Of a DNA stretch of 64,000 bases, positions 37,001 to 47,691 are shown in pieces. Within the stretch, counting starts at the first letter, position 1, and each line of letters begins with the position of its first letter. The DNA lies in assembly GCA_950097015.1 (NCBI GenBank), contig CATNEN010000008.1, positions 2,232,001-2,296,000 on the forward strand, written 5' to 3'. This DNA comes from Macrostomum hystrix. Its lineage: Eukaryota > Animalia > Platyhelminthes. A program made the translations under genes and the position numbers. The notes below the pieces were generated by a model. That model worked only from the letters and a program-made list of their open reading frames with translations, was not told the DNA's origin and made no database searches.

Positions 37001-40000
37001 ACCCGCCACCTCACTCCACATCAGCCACCTCACTCCACACCCGCCACCTCACTCCACACCCGCCACCTCACTCCACATCAGCCACCTCACTCCACACCCG
37101 CCACCTCACTCCACATCAGCCACCTCACTCCACATCAGCCACCTCACTCCACACCCGCCACCTCACTCCACATCAGCCACCTCACTCCACACCCGCCACC
37201 TCACTCCACACCCGACACCTCACTCCGCATCAGACACCTCACTCCACACCGCAACCTCACTACAGCGCAACCTCAGTCCACACCTACCACCTCACGGGGC
37301 ATCTTAAACATCTCTCCAATATAAAACACTCGCAGATTTAACAAGCGCCAGATCAGTCGCATATATCCGAAAGGAACTCGAGTCGATTCCAGCAACTTCA
37401 TGCCGCAGCTGTTCTGGAACTGCGGCTGCCAGCTGGTGGCGTTGAACTTTCAGACTCTCGGTGAGTGTGACCTGCCCTCCTGCTTTATATTTCTTTGGGC
37501 ATAAGAATGCGGGCAAAAAATCCATTACCTAACCTTCCATCGATTGGCAGACATAAACCTTTCCCTATGATTGTCAAGTTTAAATTGTATAAGACTTCTT
37601 TTTTCGCAAGCAATATCCTGAAAACCTCATTAAATCCTTGATTAAACGGCTAAAATTGCAATTTAATTTTAATAGCTTCATAACATTAGTTTAGCTTAGA
37701 TGGGTGCTGAAAGAATGAAAATATGAAAAAACGAATTTGGTTCGCGCTAGTAATTTTGGATCTAAAGTCATAAAGGCGAAGTTCACTTATTCTATCCTGG
37801 CTGTCCTGGCAAACTTACTTGGCCATCCAAGTACACTTACAATCTCATTCAAAATCCGCCACCTCACTCTATACCGCCACCATACTCCATACCCGCCACC
37901 TCACTCCACACCCACCACCTCACTTTACACCCAGCATTCTAATCCACACCCGCCACCTCACTCTACACCTGCCACCTCACCCCACACCCGACATCTCACT
38001 CAAACCCGCCACTTGAATCCACGCCCGCCACCTCACTCCACATCTACCACCTCACTCCACATCCGCCACCTCTCTCTAAACCACACCCTCACTTTAACCC
38101 ACCATCTCACTCCACACCCACCACCCAATTTCACACCTGTATACCTTCACACCTCGTACTTATAGTTTAAACTTCGTTAAAGTTTTCATAATTATTGACA
38201 TGATAAATTATACGAATTTTGCTGCAGCTCTTAATCTTTTGAAATCTTTTAAAGTTCTTTTTAAATAAAGCGTAATTTGGAAAACTAAACAAAGGATAAA
38301 GGAGTGCAGACTGCCACTGTTTCACAATTAGTCGTTAGGCTAGTCAGGCAATCTTGGTCAGGGTGGCAATGTCAGCGAAGTCGGGACAGCAGCCTAGATT
38401 GCGGCAGCGCAGCCAGCCAAGACGGGCTAGAAGGTCGCTGGTGAACCATTCGGCTTGACGATGCTGCAGCTGCTGCTGCTGTTGCAGCTGCTGACGTGAG
38501 GTCATTGTGTGCCTGATAAACTCGTCCGGATTAGAGAACTCCGAGTCCAGCACGTCACGCAGGAAGGCAATGTAGCCAATGGCCAGTCGCAGGGTGTCAA
38601 TCTTTGACAGCCGCCTCTCGTAGGGAAATGTTGGGATGTGATTGCGCAATTCTTCAAAAGCCGAATTGATGCTGAACATGCGCTTGCGCTCGCGGTAGCA
38701 GGCGCGCTCCTTCGGCACCTCCTCCTCGGCCGCTGGACCGCACGGATCCGGGCCGTTCGCGCCTTTGAGAGTGACGGATTCGAGAGTGACGGATTCGAGA
38801 GTGATGGATTCGAAAGTGACGGATTCAAAGGTGATGGATTCGAGAGTGACGGATTCGAGAGTGATGGATTCGAGAGTGATGGATTCGAGAGTGATGGATT
38901 CGAAAGTGACGGATTCGAGAGTGATGGATTCGAGAGTGATGGATTCGAAAGTGACGGATTCAAAGGTGATGGATTCGAGAGTGACGGATTCGAGAGTGAT
39001 GGATTCGAGAGTGACGGATTCGAGAGTGATGGATTCGAGAGTGACGTATTCGAGAGTGACGGATTCGAGAGTGATGGATTCGAGAGTGATGGATTCGAAA
39101 GTGACGTATTCGAGAGTGATGGATTCGAGAGTGATGGATTCGAGAGTGATGGATTCGAAAGTGACGGATTCGAGAGTGATGGATTCGAGAGTGATGGATT
39201 CGAAAGTGACGGATTCAAAGGTGATGGATTCGAGAGTGACGGATTCGAGAGTGATGGATTCGAGAGTGACGGATTCGAGAGTGATGGATTCGAGAGTGAC
39301 GTATTCGAGAGTGACGGATTCGAGAGTGATGGATTCGAGAGTGATGGATTCGAAAGTGACGGATTCAAAGGTGAAGGATTCGAAAGTGACGGATCCGAGA
39401 GTGACGGATTCGAGAGTGACGGATTCGAGAGTGACGGATTCGAGAGTGACGGGTTTTGAGAGTGACGGGATTTGAGAGTGACGGGTTTTGAAAGTGACGG
39501 ATTTGAGAGTGACGTATTCGAAAGTGACGGATTCAAAGGTGAAGGATTCGAAAGTGATGGATCGGAGAGTGACGGATTCGAAAGTGATGGATTGGAGAGT
39601 GACGGATTCGAAAGTGACGGATCCGAGAGTGACGGATTCGAAAGTGATGGATTGGAGAGTGACGGATTCGAAAGTGACGGATTCGAGAGTGATGGATTCG
39701 AAAGTGATGGATTCGAGAGTGATGGATTCGAGAGTGACGGATTCGAAAGTGATGGATTCGAGAGTGATGGATTCGAGAGTGATGGATTCGAGAGTGATGG
39801 ATTCGAGAGTGATGGATTCGAGAGTGATGGATTCGAGAGTGATGGATTCGAGAGTGACGGATTCGAGAGTGATGGATTCGAGAGTGACGGATTCGAGAGT
39901 GATGGATTCGAGAGTGACGGATTCGAGAGTGATGGATTCGAGAGTGATGGATTCGAGAGTGAAGGATTCGAGAGTGATGGATTCGAGAGTGATGGATTCG

Positions 40001-43000
40001 AGAATGATGGATTCGAGAGTGACGGATTCGAGAGTGACGGATTCGAGAGTGACGGATTCGAGAGTGATGGATTCGAGAGTGATGGATTCGAGAATGATGG
40101 ATTCGAGAGTGACGGATTCGAGAGTGATGGATTCGAGAGTGACGGATTCGAGAGTGATGGATTCGAGAGTGATGGATTCGAGAATGATGGATTCGAGAGT
40201 GACGGATTCGAGAATGATGGATTCGAGAGTGACGGATTCGAGAGTGACGGATTCGAGAGTGACGGATTCGAGAGTGACGGATTCGAGAGTGATGGATTCG
40301 AGAGTGATCGATTCGAGAGTGACGGATTCGAGAGTGACGGATTCGAAAGTGACCGATTCAAAAGTGAAGGATTCGAAAGTGATGGATCGGAGAGTGACGG
40401 ATTCGAAAGTGACGGATCCGAGAGTGACGGATTCGAAAGTGACGGATTGGAGAGTGACAGATTTTGAGAGTGAAGGATTTGACGGATGTAACAGGGCAAA
40501 AGAATGGAACAAAAGACTCACCATCCAGATTAGAGTCGCAGGTGTTCATCAGGGCCATGAAGCAGCCCTCTGAAGCCGCAGCAGCAGCTGCTTCAATAGA
40601 TTCGTCCAATGAAGCCATAAGCATTGAACTCAATCAGAGTTAGTTTTACCAGAAGACAGACTGAACTGACTGTTGTTCGACACATCCGCTCATGCGTGAT
40701 GATCAATTATATACAGATTCGCAGCTATCCCAATAGCCTTCGTTAGAAATGATTTTAAGACCCCCGGGGGCCGGTTAGCCCCTGTTCAAGTGGCAGACTT
40801 GTTAAATTAATCCCCAGAAAGTGTCAGCGGCAGAGGATACTCAAGCCACTCTCTCACTGTGAGGTGAGTGGTGAGTGGAGGGTGTCAGAGGCAGGGCAAG
40901 CATATGCATGCAATCAACTTCAAGTCTGTTCTTCACTGAACAATTTGAGCACAAAATTAACAGCACGTCTTGAGCAGTCAGTCGGCGTTTTCTCCTCATT
41001 TTCCAGATTTTTTGCCGCCCGGAAGATGAGCTGGAGTTAGTTTATCCTGAGTTAGTTTTTGGGCTTTTGGGTTTCAGTTCTGACTGGATGGGCTTGTTGA
41101 ATGCCCTGCGGCTTCTCGCAAATCTAGTCTTGATAATCTCATGATTATATTAATTGCTTCAGCTCAGCAGCAAATTTTGATAAATCACGATGGCAATTGA
41201 GAAAATCTGAAGATCCTAACCAAACGACCTCGAAATTCAAGATCCCGATCCCAGATACCGAAATTACAAGATCCCGAAATCCCAAGATCTAAAAATCCCA
41301 AGATCTAAAAATCCCAAGATCTAAAAATCCCAAGATCCCGAAATCCAAAGATCTAAAAGTCCCAAGATCCCGAAATCCCAAGATCTAAATTTCCCAAGAT
41401 CTAAAACCCCTAGATCTAAAATCCCAAGACAAGACATGAGAAATCCAATATTCCAAAATCCGAAGATCACAAAATCCCTAGATACGAAAAATCCCAATAT
41501 CATCAAATAGCAAGATTCCAAGATCCCTAGATACAAAAATCTCAAGATGCCGAAATCCAAAGATCCCGATCATCCCAAAATACCAATCCTAAGATACCGA
41601 AATGCCAAGATCCCTAAATCCCTAGATCCCGATATTCCAGGATTCCGAAATCCCAAGATCCCGAAATCCCAAGATCCCGAAATCCCAAGATCCCGAAATC
41701 CCAAGATCCCGAAATCCCAAGATCCCGATCCCAAACGCCCACGCAGATCTTGGCCTGCAGCTCAACCTCGGCGTGTTCCACTACCAGCGCAGATGCGGCT
41801 ACCTACTCAAGCCCGACTTCATGCGCAGGCCGGACCGTCGCTTCGATCCGTTCTCGGAGTCCACCGTGGACGGCATCGTTGCCAACAGCCTGTCAGTGCG
41901 AATTATCTCCGGTCACTGCCTGTCGGACCGGCGTGTTGGTGCGCAGTGTTCAGTATTTTTCTAAGAAATGATTTTTTGTTTTCCATTTTCTTTTATCCCA
42001 ATCCCTGCTACCCGACAGGTGTCTACGTCGAGGTGGAAATGTACGGCCTACCAGCAGACACCGTAAGGAAGCGATTCAGAACCAGAATTGCTGCTGGCAA
42101 TGCGTTAGATCCTCAGTTCAGCCACGAGCCTTTTGTCTTCAAAAAGGTGCGAAATTGTTGTGAGACTATGTAGCGAAAGTTCACCCAACCTAATCACCAA
42201 TTCACCTAAACTTTTCACCAGTGCACACAACCTATTCACCAGTTCACCCAACCTATTCACTAGCTCACCCAACCTATTCACCAGTTCACCCAACCTATTC
42301 ACTAGCTCACCCAACCTATTCACCAGTTCACCCAACCTATTCACTAGCTCACCCAACCTATTCACCAGTTCACCCAACCTATTCACCAGTTCACCCAACC
42401 TATTCAACAGTTCACCCAATCTATTCACCAGTTCACACAAACCATTCACCAGTTCACCCAACCTATTCACCAGTTCACCCAACCTATTCACCAGTTCACC
42501 CAACCTATTCACCAGTTCACCCAACCTATTCACCAGTTCACCCAACCTATTCACCAGTTCACACAAACCATTCACCAGTTCACCCAACCTATTCACCAGG
42601 TGGTGCTGCCCCAGCTGGCAACGCTGCGCATTTCTGTTAGCGAAGAGTCCGGCCGGCTGATCGGGCAGAGATTCCTCCCTGTGGACGCAGTCAGGCCGGG
42701 CTATCGCTATCTGCCGCTATTCACGGAGCTGGCCCAGCCATTGTCTGTGGCCGCACTGTTTGTCTGCATCTCCGTTAGCGACTACGTTTCTGATGCGTTC
42801 GCTGGTAAGAAGTGAATAGAAATATGGAGAGTAAAAATCTGAGTTAGAAAAAAAGTTTTTCTTGAAAACCTGTCTGCCCTCAGCTACTATCAGTAGCTGC
42901 GGAGAGTATGCTACACTTATCAAAGCCGAACCCCGAAACCCTTTAACAAGAGCTGGCTGCGGCTCTGTCGAATCCAATTCAATATCTGAGCGAGAAGGAA

Positions 43001-46000
43001 AAGCACCAGCAGCAGATGATGGTCCTGACTGACGACTTCTACAAGGAGGTGCGCAATCTCTGGGGGTTTGGGGGTAACCTCAATCTTTAGGGGTTTGGGG
43101 TTTGGGGGTTAGGGGTTTAGGGTTTGGGGTTGGGGGGTTTAAGGTTTGTGGCAAGGGGTTTGTGAGATTTGGGGTTGGGTGTTAGGGGTTTAAGAGTTTA
43201 GGGGTTGGTGGTTCGTGGTTTAGGGGTTTAGGGTTTGTGGTTCAAGGGTTTGGGGTTTTCAAGATTGGGCGTTGGGCGTTAGGGGTTTAAGAGTTTATGG
43301 GTTTGGGGTTCGTGGTTTAGGGTTTTAGGGTTTGTGGTTTAGGGGTTAGGGGTTTGCGATATTGAGGGTTGGGCGTTAGGGGTTTAAGAGTTTAAGGGTT
43401 CGGGGTTCGCGGTTTTGGGGTTTAGGGTTCGTGGTTTAGGGTTTTGGCGGGGTTGTGTTTTGGTACCGTCAGGTCGCCTATTCAGAGGACCTGAATTTTG
43501 TCAGTTACGCAATGTTGAGTATCAAAGATGGCTTGCAGGAGAAGTCCTCCGACCATGAAAACGGTGGTAGCGGTAGCGGCGGAGGAGCTGGCAGCGCTGA
43601 AGCTCCACCGGTCGGTCCCTTGGCGGTGAAGGCCGAGAGAAGTCATCAGCTGCTGCATGTACAAACTTCTTCATCTTCAACAACATCGTCGGCCGTGCCG
43701 CATCAGTCGCCAGGCAACGACATTCAGCACGGAGCGAATTCATTGACCAGTGCTGAGACGGCCGCAACGGCTGGACCTTCGACAAGCGGCGGCGGCGGTG
43801 GTAAGGACTGATCCGATTGACCTACCGCAAATTGCTCAGTTAAATTGCAGTTAATTGCTCAAAACATTGCGCAATCCTCAGTCGATCACACGGCCGCCGC
43901 TCAGTCGCTGACCCTGGCTGAGCTCAAGCAGGACAAAAAGTACCAGAAACTGATGCGCAAAGCCGAGAAGGAGATTCAGGCCCAGGTCAAACAGAATCAG
44001 AAGGTGAGACTGAGCTACTGGTGAAATAGAGGAATCGAAAGCTTCTGCCATTGCTTTTACTAGTTGGTTAAAAGTGTACAAAGCTTTTACTTCTACTGTT
44101 AGTAGGCGACAGAGACAAAAAACTAGCAAAAAAGCCGTAAAGACGGTCTCTAACTACGAAGACTCAATTTATTGCTTGGCATGAGACGGCCTCTTCAAAT
44201 CAGCGGTCCTGGTCAGGCCGGAGCTCCCGAACGGCGAGGACCCACCACCGTTCGTTGAACAACGCCTACCCCTGAAGCTTGCCACAATGCAACTGCTTGA
44301 AGCTTCTTCCTTCGATCCAAGCGTCGAGTTCTTGGAGCCTGCTGAAGCTGGACTTTTTGAACACCTTCAACACCTATAGGGCCGTGTCCTCTGACCCGAC
44401 CTTTACTAATGTCATCCGCATGGGGCTGCAACGGCTGCACCCAAGTCACCCGCGATGCCTGTGACCTGCTGGGTGCAGCCGAAGCAATCGACACCTTACT
44501 GTCGAGGCGATCTATCGCAGCCGCTTCAAAATCGCGCCGCGGCTTGTCGCCATCAACCGCCCAGACGCCTCCTTCCTGGTTTTTCTGGGCCTCCTTCCGC
44601 GATCCTCGCACTCCGACAGGTACGAGCCCTCTGGCAGAAGGTCGTGCTTTGGACTGCTAATGCCGTTGGAATGCCGTTGAGCACCAGGCCGACAAGGTAA
44701 GGCGAGCTTCATCGTCTGCCCGTCTGCGGCCTCCGCAGACGCGTCAGGTCCGTCAGGTCCGCTGGGATGTCATTCGGCTCGGTCAGCACATCGGTCTTTA
44801 GCGTCTCCGCGGTCTTCAGCAAAACTTTTCAGCAGATAAACAAACAAATGAATGAACCAAATTAACAGGCCCTGGTCAGCTTGCGCACGAAGCATCGAGT
44901 GGCTCTCGCCCGCCTGGAGTCAGCCGGCTCGGCCGAGAAGAATCTGGCAACCTGGTCGCTGCGAAGGCCCGACGACCAGCCAGAGCCAACAGAGGCGGTG
45001 CGCAGCGCCTCTGGGCGTGATTTCGGCCGCAGGGTGAGTTGCAGCCATGAGAAACTAACGTCTTGTGCTCAAGTTTTTAAATATCACCTCTCAGCTTAAT
45101 CCCCAAATAAGGCTTGCCAGCTGTCTGCGACCCAAAAAGCCGAGGTTCGAACCCAGCTGGACTCCCACGCCCGGTCCGAGTGCGATCTTCGCCTGCGGCT
45201 GTCGGCCCAGCAGCGCGACGCGCTAGCGACGGCGCTGGCCAAAGCGGAGGTATCGGCGCGTCAGCGACTGGAGTCGAGCTACTCAGCCCAGCGGGCTCAC
45301 CTGAAGCGAACTCGCGAGCGTCAGCGAAGCGCCGAGGCTCGCCAACTGGCGCGGCAGCTGCACGATCGGGCTGAGGAGCTGCGCGAGGCCAGGCGCGACT
45401 TTCAACAGAGACAGATCGCCGCCGCGGTCAGCGAGCTGCAGGCGTTGGACTCACAGCACGCCAGGCAGCTCAAAGCGCTGAGAGAGCAGAGGGACCGCAT
45501 AATGTTGGAGATTAACGCGGAGCACGACAAGGTTTGTGGTTTTGGCATTTGGAGCTAAGCGGTTGAGGTGTTGGCAGTTGTGTTTTTTGGGGTTGAGGTG
45601 TTGGGGATGAGGTGTTGGGGTTGAGGTGTTGGGGATGAGGTGTTAGGGATGAGGTGTTGGGGTTGAGGTGTTGGGGATGAGGTGTTAGGGATGAGGTGTT
45701 GGGGTTGAGGTGTTGGGGATGAGGTGTTGGGGATGAGGTGTTGGGGTTGAGGTGTTGGGGATGAGGTGTTGGGGTTGAGTTGTTGGGGTTGAGGTGTTGG
45801 GGATGAGGTGTTGGGGTTGAGGTGTTGGGGTTGAGGTGTTGGGGTTGAGGTGTTGGGGTTGAGGTGTTGGGGATGAGGTGTTAGGGATGAGGTGTTGGGG
45901 TTGAGGTGTTGGGGATGAGGTGTTGGGGTTGAGTTGTTGGGGTTGAGGTGTTGGGGATGAGGTGTTGGGGTTGAGGTGTTGGGGATCAGTTGTTGGGGAT

Positions 46001-46385
46001 GAGGTGTTGGGGTTGAGGTGTTGGGGTTGAGTTGTTGGAGATGAGGTGTTGGGGATTGAGGTGTTGTGGATGACGTGTTGTGGATTGAGGTATCGTCGGT
46101 TGGGGTATTTGTGGGTTGAGCTGTCGAGGGTTAACGTGTCGGGTGTTGAGGTAATCGGTGGTTACCTTACTAATATGTGTGGTTAGGAACTAATGTGTCG
46201 GGGTTGAAGATATACGTATTTGAAGACTAAAAACGTAGCTAATTAACAGCTACATGTAGTTAACGCCAGTTAACTTCTTAATTAAGGAGGCGCGCCTAAT
46301 TGAAGCAGAGCGACAGCAGAGGGTGGCAGATCTGGACAGAGGGATCGGCTCTGGCACCGCGGGGCCCAGTTGTGCGAGCTGTTGA
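25811..46385 (+). CDS. PLCB: Phospholipase C-beta (PH, EF hands, X/Y TIM barrel, C2, C-terminal coiled coil), 26 exons, ~1220 aa
   Basis: Exons 25811-25888, 26238-26315, 27144-27212, 29922-30068, 31288-31421, 31542-31629, 31712-31812, 32138-32316, 32432-32578, 33117-33274, 33365-33444, 33526-33610, 33714-33801, 35101-35160, 36271-36477, 36631-36715, 37336-37460, 41747-41938, 42019-42146, 42600-42804, 42951-43048, 43473 (or 43539)-43800, 43882-44003, 44869-45033, 45112-45531, 46287-46385. All phases are consistent. Motifs: [87 protein letters not shown]. Confidence 0.95.
26421..26770. repeat. 17-bp minisatellite, ~20 copies (CCAAGAAATCAC[T/A]ATTT), PLCB intron 2
   Basis: Direct periodicity, followed by degenerate related sequence to ~27000. 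Confidence 0.93.
27708..29384. repeat. 16-bp minisatellite, ~105 copies (GAGTGAGTAGACACGG), PLCB intron 3
   Basis: Direct periodicity; explains the [16 protein letters not shown] ORFs. Confidence 0.97.
29758..29885. repeat. 20-bp minisatellite, ~6 copies (ATGGGATGTCAGGAGAGTCC)
   Basis: Direct periodicity just upstream of the exon 4 acceptor. Confidence 0.85.
30078..31237. repeat. (TCTG/TCCG)n compound microsatellite, ~1.15 kb, filling PLCB intron 4
   Basis: Starts ~10 nt after the donor at 30069; source of the CLSV ORFs. Confidence 0.97.
32636..33082. repeat. ~47-bp minisatellite, ~9 copies (CTTCGCACCCTCCCCACTCCGCAGAGTCCAACACCCCTTCCCGCTAA), PLCB intron 9
   Basis: Direct periodicity, ending ~35 nt before the acceptor at 33116. 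Confidence 0.9.
33826..34900. repeat. 20-bp minisatellite (CCCACTC[A/T]ACCTCTCTCTGA) with a degenerate 3' tail, PLCB intron 13
   Basis: Homogeneous to ~34660, then diverged CTCTGACCCATTT units. Confidence 0.95.
35637..38150. repeat. Three arrays of one 19-bp family (CACCTCACTCCACACCCGC) at ~35637-36235, ~36866-37290 and ~37853-38150
   Basis: Same unit in PLCB introns 14, 16 and 17, separated by exons. Confidence 0.9.
38344..40624 (-). CDS. Fer2: Fer2/PTF1-family (48-related-2-like) bHLH transcription factor, ~173 aa, nested antisense in PLCB intron 17
   Basis: Exons 40624-40522 and 38762-38344 (GATG|GTGAGT to CTCAAAG|GC, phase 1). [45 protein letters not shown] plus a C-terminal [12 protein letters not shown] motif, as in Fer2-type proteins. 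Confidence 0.88.
38764..40490. repeat. 15-bp minisatellite, ~115 copies (GGATTCGAGAGTGA[T/C]), filling the single intron of the bHLH gene
   Basis: Direct periodicity; the last unit on the minus strand supplies the acceptor AG at 38764-38763. Confidence 0.97.
41238..41730. repeat. Degenerate ~16-bp minisatellite (CCCAAGATCCCGAAAT / CCCAAGATCTAAAAAT)
   Basis: Ends ~15 nt before the PLCB exon 18 acceptor at 41746. Confidence 0.85.
42178..42599. repeat. 21-bp minisatellite, ~20 copies (TTCACCAGTTCACCCAACCTA), PLCB intron 19
   Basis: The last unit provides the acceptor TTCACCAG| at 42599. Confidence 0.95.
43061..43453 (+). repeat. Degenerate telomere-like G-rich tract (TTAGGG/TTTAGGG/TTGGGG), PLCB intron 21
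   Basis: Many TTAGGG-like words, with a loose ~97-bp higher-order unit containing TTAGGGGTTTAAGAGTTTA at ~43182, ~43279 and ~43376. Confidence 0.75.
44200..44825. mobile_element. Decayed, internally inverted reverse-transcriptase remnant (non-LTR, possibly early-branching CRE/R2/NeSL-type)
   Basis: Plus strand gives [11 protein letters not shown] (44339-44371), resembling the LxKLDFxNAFN RT motif, followed by SSAWG.. (GVQQG-like). Minus strand gives [11 protein letters not shown] and [18 protein letters not shown], resembling KKDGGVRPIAVGDTLRR. GC-rich and frameshifted. Confidence 0.5.
45590..46066. repeat. 14-bp G-rich minisatellite, ~33 copies (GGGG[T/A]TGAGGTGTT), last PLCB intron
   Basis: Direct periodicity. 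Confidence 0.93.
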
Positions 46386-47691
46386 CCCAACTGTGGTCTT
46401 TTTTGTGTATAGGAACCTGTTTTTATCTATGTCAGAATTTTTGTTACATTTAGTTTTGTGAACTAAATATACTTAAATTAATTGCAAATGGACTGTATTT
46501 TTCGTTTTTTTATTAAATAATAGTTTTTTTGAATAATAGTTTTTTTGAATTCATTCTTACGGTTCAAACAATTTTCTCCAATTTATTGTCAATACAGAAA
46601 TATTGTACAGAAAATGAAATTACAAAAAATGTCACTAAATTATGGAACTAAAAGTCGTTTTAACTCTGGTATTAAATATCATTTGCGAATCGAATTAGAG
46701 TTGTGTTAACTTCGTTGCGTACTGAGTTGCCCTTATAGTTATACTAAATTCATTTTGGATTACAATTGATGTTTGTTTAGTTTCTAATGACTTATTGGAA
46801 ATCCAATGAGTCACTAGCTCAGCCGTCCAGTGATTTAAATGCGTCAAATATCGAGCTGCTTTTGAGTCCAATATTAATTTTGTCTTTTAATTTATTACTT
46901 TTATGTTTGCTAATTACTAATAAATGAAGTGATTAAACAGCATTTACGAGTACTCCAGATATTTTTACTTTAGGTCAATTAAACGCAGTCATAAATTTGT
47001 TCAAGGATGTTGTACTTCTTCTTACTATTGTTCTTTTTGTTAAAATGTCTATCAAAGAGTTATCAAAATGCTTACGTTTAGTTCGTATTTTTTGTTTGGA
47101 CAGAGACTTACAATCGAATGTTTTTTAGCCTGTAGTTTGGAGCAATAAAATTTCATATAATTTTTTTCCTTTACCGAGTATTTATTATACAATATCTTGA
47201 CATCATTGTTAAATATTTTTTAGTGGGAAAGGCTCGTGCAGTAGTTTTTCATGTGATTAAAATTTTAGTTAATACACTTACAAATGATGACTTGTAATTA
47301 AACTTCATGAAATAAAAAAATGGTTTGTTTAGTTTTTATGTGAGAGAACATTATCACGTGTACTTCATTGTTTCTACAATTTAAACATTATTTTCTAACT
47401 AATTATACTATCTGATTCTGAATAACATATTATTCTGCGATATGTGTTACAGCTAGGACAGAATGGATTTTTTGAGGACACTGTGGACAAATGCACTTAG
47501 CAACAGCTTCATTCAGCATGCTAACAAGCATATTATATATAGTTAAACAGTCGGATGTGCATGCATATAAGCATAACTAAAAGCATCTGCGTATAATCAC
47601 AGGAGATAATTCTTGCTGTATGCCTTTTTTAATTTAGCAACAGCAAAAAATGGATTCGGAGCACTTAGCGAGACCATTGATATAGCAATGC

